Origin: Candidatus Baldrarchaeum yapensis
GTDB taxonomy: Archaea; Asgardarchaeota; Baldrarchaeia; Baldrarchaeales; Baldrarchaeaceae
Assembly: GCA_016840465.1 (NCBI GenBank)
Contig: JAEOSH010000023.1
Span: 1-28,107, forward strand
Length of the DNA: 28,107 bases
Reading direction: 5' to 3'
Part shown: one piece after another, positions 25,174 to 28,107 of the stretch
Layout of the letters: each line of letters begins with the position of its first letter
Position numbering within the stretch: position 1 is the stretch's first letter
Made by a program: the position numbers and the translations under genes
The notes under the pieces: generated by a model
What the model saw: only the letters and a program-made list of their open reading frames with translations
Told to the model about the DNA's origin: nothing
Databases searched by the model: none

Positions 25174-26421
25174 TCAGAAGTCCACATCCTTACCCTCATA
25201 CGCGTATATCAACAACTTCCTTAATTCCTCCACCGACGTGGGCCTGGGGCTCGCCGGAGTTACGGCATCCTCATATGCGTACTTGGCAAGCACATCTAAG
25301 TTCTTCTCGAAGTCCTCTCTACTAATTCCATGATCCTTCAGGACATAAGACACGTCAAGTGACCTTAAGAAGTCCTTAAATAGATCGACAAGCTTCTTGA
25401 GGTACTCCTCATTGGTCTTTGCCTCTATCCCTAAATATTTCGCAAGATCTATGTAGCGATCCGTAGCCTTTGCATAGTAAGGTATAACGTAAGGTATGAA
25501 TATTCCAACCGAGATTCCATGATGTATCCCGAAGGCTTTACCAACTGCATGTCCTAAACTGTGCGTGAGAGCGGTCCCACTATTGCTGAACGCAATTCCT
25601 CCCATCGTTGCTGCGATGTGCATCTTATACCTTGCCTCCATGTCTTTGGGGTTACGATACGCACGCGGAAGGTACTTCAATATCAACTCTATTGCCTTAA
25701 GTGCAATAGCATCTGTAAACTCCGTGGCCATTGATGAGAAGTAAGCATCTACCGCATGGGCCAGTGCATCAAGACCTGTGCCGACGGTGAGTTTAGGAGG
25801 CATGCCAGCTGCAAACTCGGGTAATAATATCGCATAATCCGGAACCAACTCTAAGGAGGCAATTTCTAATTTCCGAGGTGGAGTCTGTGACGTGTCTGTC
25901 AAAACCGCAGCATAAGTCGTTTCAGAACCGGTACCACTTGTAGTCGGACACGCAACAAGCCTAGCCTTCACCCTTAAACCAACTGGAAACAGGGGATTTA
26001 ACATTTTCAGATTAGTTCCGGGTCTTTCGTAAAGAACCCATGCCGCCTTGGCAGTATCTATGACGGATCCTCCACCCACTGCAATTATAAGGTCAGGCTC
26101 GAACTTCTTCATATCCTCCGCGCACTCTTGCACAGTTTCTAGCGGGGGCTCAGGAACAGCCCTGTCCCATATCTGCACTTGGAAGCCAAAGGTTCTCAAG
26201 GACTGAGCAACCTTATCGGCGAGATGCTTGACGTATTGATCCGTTACAATGAACGCCCTCCTCCTCGTACACATGCTTGCCATCATCATCGAAAACGCCA
26301 GCAATCCTAGTTTCCCTACGAAGATCTTAGGGCAAAAAAACCATCCATAAACCTCATGAATAGCGTCTGCACCTAACATGTGCAACAGGGTTCTCATACG
26401 CTTTTCCGTATACCAGTACAC
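25174..26421 (-). CDS. Iron-containing alcohol dehydrogenase
   Basis: GGGSVID, PTTSGTGSE, DALAHAVD and HSLGH..G....HG. Start reassigned to GTG 26421 after GGAGGTG. Confidence 0.9.
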   Translation of the reverse strand: MYWYTEKRMRTLLHMLGADAIHEVYGWFFCPKIFVGKLGLLAFSMMMASMCTRRRAFIVTDQYVKHLADKVAQSLRTFGFQVQIWDRAVPEPPLETVQECAEDMKKFEPDLIIAVGGGSVIDTAKAAWVLYERPGTNLKMLNPLFPVGLRVKARLVACPTTSGTGSETTYAAVLTDTSQTPPRKLEIASLELVPDYAILLPEFAAGMPPKLTVGTGLDALAHAVDAYFSSMATEFTDAIALKAIELILKYLPRAYRNPKDMEARYKMHIAATMGGIAFSNSGTALTHSLGHAVGKAFGIHHGISVGIFIPYVIPYYAKATDRYIDLAKYLGIEAKTNEEYLKKLVDLFKDFLRSLDVSYVLKDHGISREDFEKNLDVLAKYAYEDAVTPASPRPTSVEELRKLLIYAYEGKDVDF

Positions 26422-26454
26422 TGAGGCCCACCTCCCTTTAAACTCGAGTAAACC

Positions 26455-26468
26455 TAATGTCCACATTA
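26455..26468. promoter_or_regulatory. Inverted repeat TAATGT-CC-ACATTA just downstream of the adh-aor TATA box
   Basis: Perfect 6-bp arms. A TTTATAT TATA lies on the minus strand about 10 nt upstream. Confidence 0.35.
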
Positions 26469-26648
26469 AGAATATAAACGTTTGGCTAAAAACGAACACC
26501 ATCGGAACGCCAGTGCATACGGTACTTTTGCAAATTCACAAATGCTCGAGTTCTCATTTTGTCACAGGTTGTATTACTACATCGTTTTTCATTATGCAAC
26601 GAATTAAGAAGTTTCTCGCGAAAAACTAACGAGTAAACCGCACGAAGG

Positions 26649-26927
26649 TCATCCGCCCAGAGCAAATATCCCCAACACTATCAGCATCCCGGAACTTATA
26701 ACAAGTTTTGTAACATCCCTCCCCCTCACAACTCGCCCATTCACTATCGCAACCGCTGACCCCCTTAGAGCACGCTTCTTCCTCTCAAATACCCTGCGTT
26801 CAAACTCCTCGCCATACTTGTCACATAGAAACTCTAGGACATCGACAAGTGAGCGAAACATGCCAGCTGGCAGTCTATCTTCAATTTTTCTGGTCAAATC
26901 ACGTAATGTCGCGAGATATCGGATCAC
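26649..26927 (-). CDS. MoaD/ThiS-like ubiquitin-fold sulfur carrier (atypical C-terminus)
   Basis: IRYLATLRDLT, VLEFLCDKYG, AIVNGR and terminal GG. Adjacent to adh-aor. Confidence 0.55.
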   Translation of the reverse strand: MIRYLATLRDLTRKIEDRLPAGMFRSLVDVLEFLCDKYGEEFERRVFERKKRALRGSAVAIVNGRVVRGRDVTKLVISSGMLIVLGIFALGG

Positions 26928-26958
26928 TATGACATCCTCTTCACGCCGGAAGGAGGAG

Positions 26959-27019
26959 TTGCGTCAGTGTGAGCTGAGCCAGTCATCAAATCCTCTTCTG
27001 TTCGCCTCATCATCCGCAA
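26959..27019 (-). ncRNA. Box C/D methylation guide sRNA with two guides to the 23S rRNA peptidyl-transferase centre
   Basis: Minus strand reads TTGCG-G-ATGATGA (C)-GGCGAACAGAAG-AGGA (D')-TT-TGATGA (C')-CTGGCTCAGCTCACA-CTGA (D)-CGCAA, with a 5-bp terminal stem. Guides are complementary to the conserved CUGUUCGCC and GUGAGCUGGGUU of 23S rRNA. Confidence 0.88.
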
Positions 27020-27175
27020 ACACCGAATTAGTACACCGAAATTTTATCTTCCACAAATATACTTAAGCTACACATAATAGCTTTTCGCTAACTTCGCTTA
27101 AGTTGCTTTATCGCTTACAGACGAATGCCTACTCAGAACTTTCGAATATCACTAGGGTAGTCTGCTATTTGGCAG

Positions 27176-27946
27176 TTAAATTCTTTCCTCTCCGCCCTCT
27201 TTCGTGCGAACTCTAACGTCCTGTATGTACTTCTTTGCTACCCTAGCAAGATCTAATAGTTTTTCGCGAGATGGTGGAGTTATCTTTGAGTACGAGGGAT
27301 CAAGAGTTCCCCCTTCGGTTCTGAACTGCTGAAGGACGTAGATGTCAACATATTCCGCCACGGTCGAAGCGATATTTTCAATATCCGCGGGAGAATCTAC
27401 AATCCCCGGAACAACGGTTGTTCTTCCCTCCAAAAATGCCCCATGATCATGTATAACCCTCAGAGATTCCATCAAATTTTTAATAGCCCTCCCTCCAATA
27501 ATCGGTATTCCTATCGCCCTTCCATAACTCTGGGGATCCAGTCTTGCCTTTATGTCTATCGCAAAGTAATCGATACAGCTCGTATCCATCAGCAGTTTCA
27601 GCCGTGAAGGATAAAATCCGTTCGTATCTACTTTGACAAGCAATCCTAAATCCTTAATACCACGTACCAACTTTATTAAAGGCCCTATTTGCTGCAGGGG
27701 TTCGCCTCCAGTTATGCACACGCCATCTATCAGTACGGAGTTTTCCTCGATGAACGAAAGAACTTTATCGACCTCCACCGCTCTGCAATCTTCCTCCCGG
27801 AAAAGCCTCCAATTCTGACAGTAAGGGCACCGAAAGGGACAACCGCAGAGAAATATTACTGAGACCACTTTACCGGGGTAATCAACCGTCGATATCTCAA
27901 CTACTCCTCCGAGTAATAAAACATCATCACGCCCGCTCAAGAACAT
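27176..27946 (-). CDS. nrdG: Anaerobic ribonucleoside-triphosphate reductase activating protein-like radical SAM enzyme
   Basis: STVDYPGK, GCPFRCPYCQN, ITGGEP, KVDTNG, IDIKA and RTTVVP. Start is uncertain (track 28039; ATG 27946 fits the upstream TATA better). Confidence 0.8.
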   Translation of the reverse strand: MFLSGRDDVLLLGGVVEISTVDYPGKVVSVIFLCGCPFRCPYCQNWRLFREEDCRAVEVDKVLSFIEENSVLIDGVCITGGEPLQQIGPLIKLVRGIKDLGLLVKVDTNGFYPSRLKLLMDTSCIDYFAIDIKARLDPQSYGRAIGIPIIGGRAIKNLMESLRVIHDHGAFLEGRTTVVPGIVDSPADIENIASTVAEYVDIYVLQQFRTEGGTLDPSYSKITPPSREKLLDLARVAKKYIQDVRVRTKEGGEERI

Positions 27947-28002
27947 CTCCCAACGCCTGTTTATCAACGCTCTACTTTCCTGTAACTGCCCATTAAAATT
28001 TT

Positions 28003-28107
28003 TTAATACGGTAATCTCATAGAGTAACCGTTCTCCCACTTGGTAGCATTCAGCAATTTATAGTAATTTTCAGCCACCAAGTGGGCCATCACGGCTCCCG
28101 GTCGCTC
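28003..28107 (-). CDS. Possible 3' end of an upstream gene (partial)
   Basis: Open frame from the right edge, ERPGAVMAHLVAENYYKLLNATKWENGYSMRLPY*. Confidence 0.3.
   Translation of the reverse strand, partial: ERPGAVMAHLVAENYYKLLNATKWENGYSMRLPY

Noticed and set aside
26422-26502. Hydrophobic signal or TM-like N-terminus of the ADH in the track
   Set aside because: It translates the promoter and SD region. The true start is most likely GTG 26421.
327-27818. Numerous 60-255 aa ORFs antisense to or nested in the real genes (e.g. 11461..12228, 7870..8256, 22590..23000, 16406..16783)
   Set aside because: They are shadow frames of well-supported genes, with Ser/Pro/Leu-rich composition and no motifs or SD.
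27905-27935. GTGATGA...CGGA C/D-like boxes on the minus strand
   Set aside because: It lies within the probable nrdG coding start, with no second box pair or target.
1-28107. CRISPR arrays, IS elements, inteins, rRNA genes
   Set aside because: I saw no regularly spaced repeats, transposase motifs, intein-sized insertions or rRNA sequence.

Overview
A 28.1 kb gene-dense archaeal chromosomal window of mostly housekeeping genes, with no CRISPR array, transposase or integrase seen. An eL22-like ribosomal protein, a divergent EF-2 paralog lacking the HRG diphthamide motif and a longin/uDENN-like protein together suggest an Asgard archaeon (inference; some TACK lineages are not excluded). Genes: mfnA, a membrane coiled-coil protein, an MBL hydrolase, tRNA-Gln(CUG), an ECF S-component-like protein, an RHH-zinc finger protein, a B12/radical SAM/TRAM enzyme, aIF1 (SUI1), TFB, MetAP, a large wHTH regulator, two small hypotheticals, the EF-2 paralog, ABCE1, isoaspartyl peptidase, DUF2070, the longin-like protein, a 5-FCL-like protein, IleRS, eL22, AOR, Fe-ADH, a MoaD-like protein and an NrdG-like activase. 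Two features are absent from the ORF track. (1) An intact aIF1/SUI1 gene (6153..6461) whose only plausible in-frame start is AUA. It has a well-spaced GGAGG and an out-of-frame AUG 5 nt upstream, which suggests a start-codon-fidelity autoregulatory circuit like those of infC and eIF1. (2) A dual-guide box C/D sRNA (26959..27019, minus strand) whose guides match the 23S peptidyl-transferase centre (predicted Um2552 and Am2577, E. coli numbering). Also noted: a possibly switchable structured ileS leader and a perfectly symmetric bidirectional promoter. All protein calls come from motif recognition by eye, not database searches.
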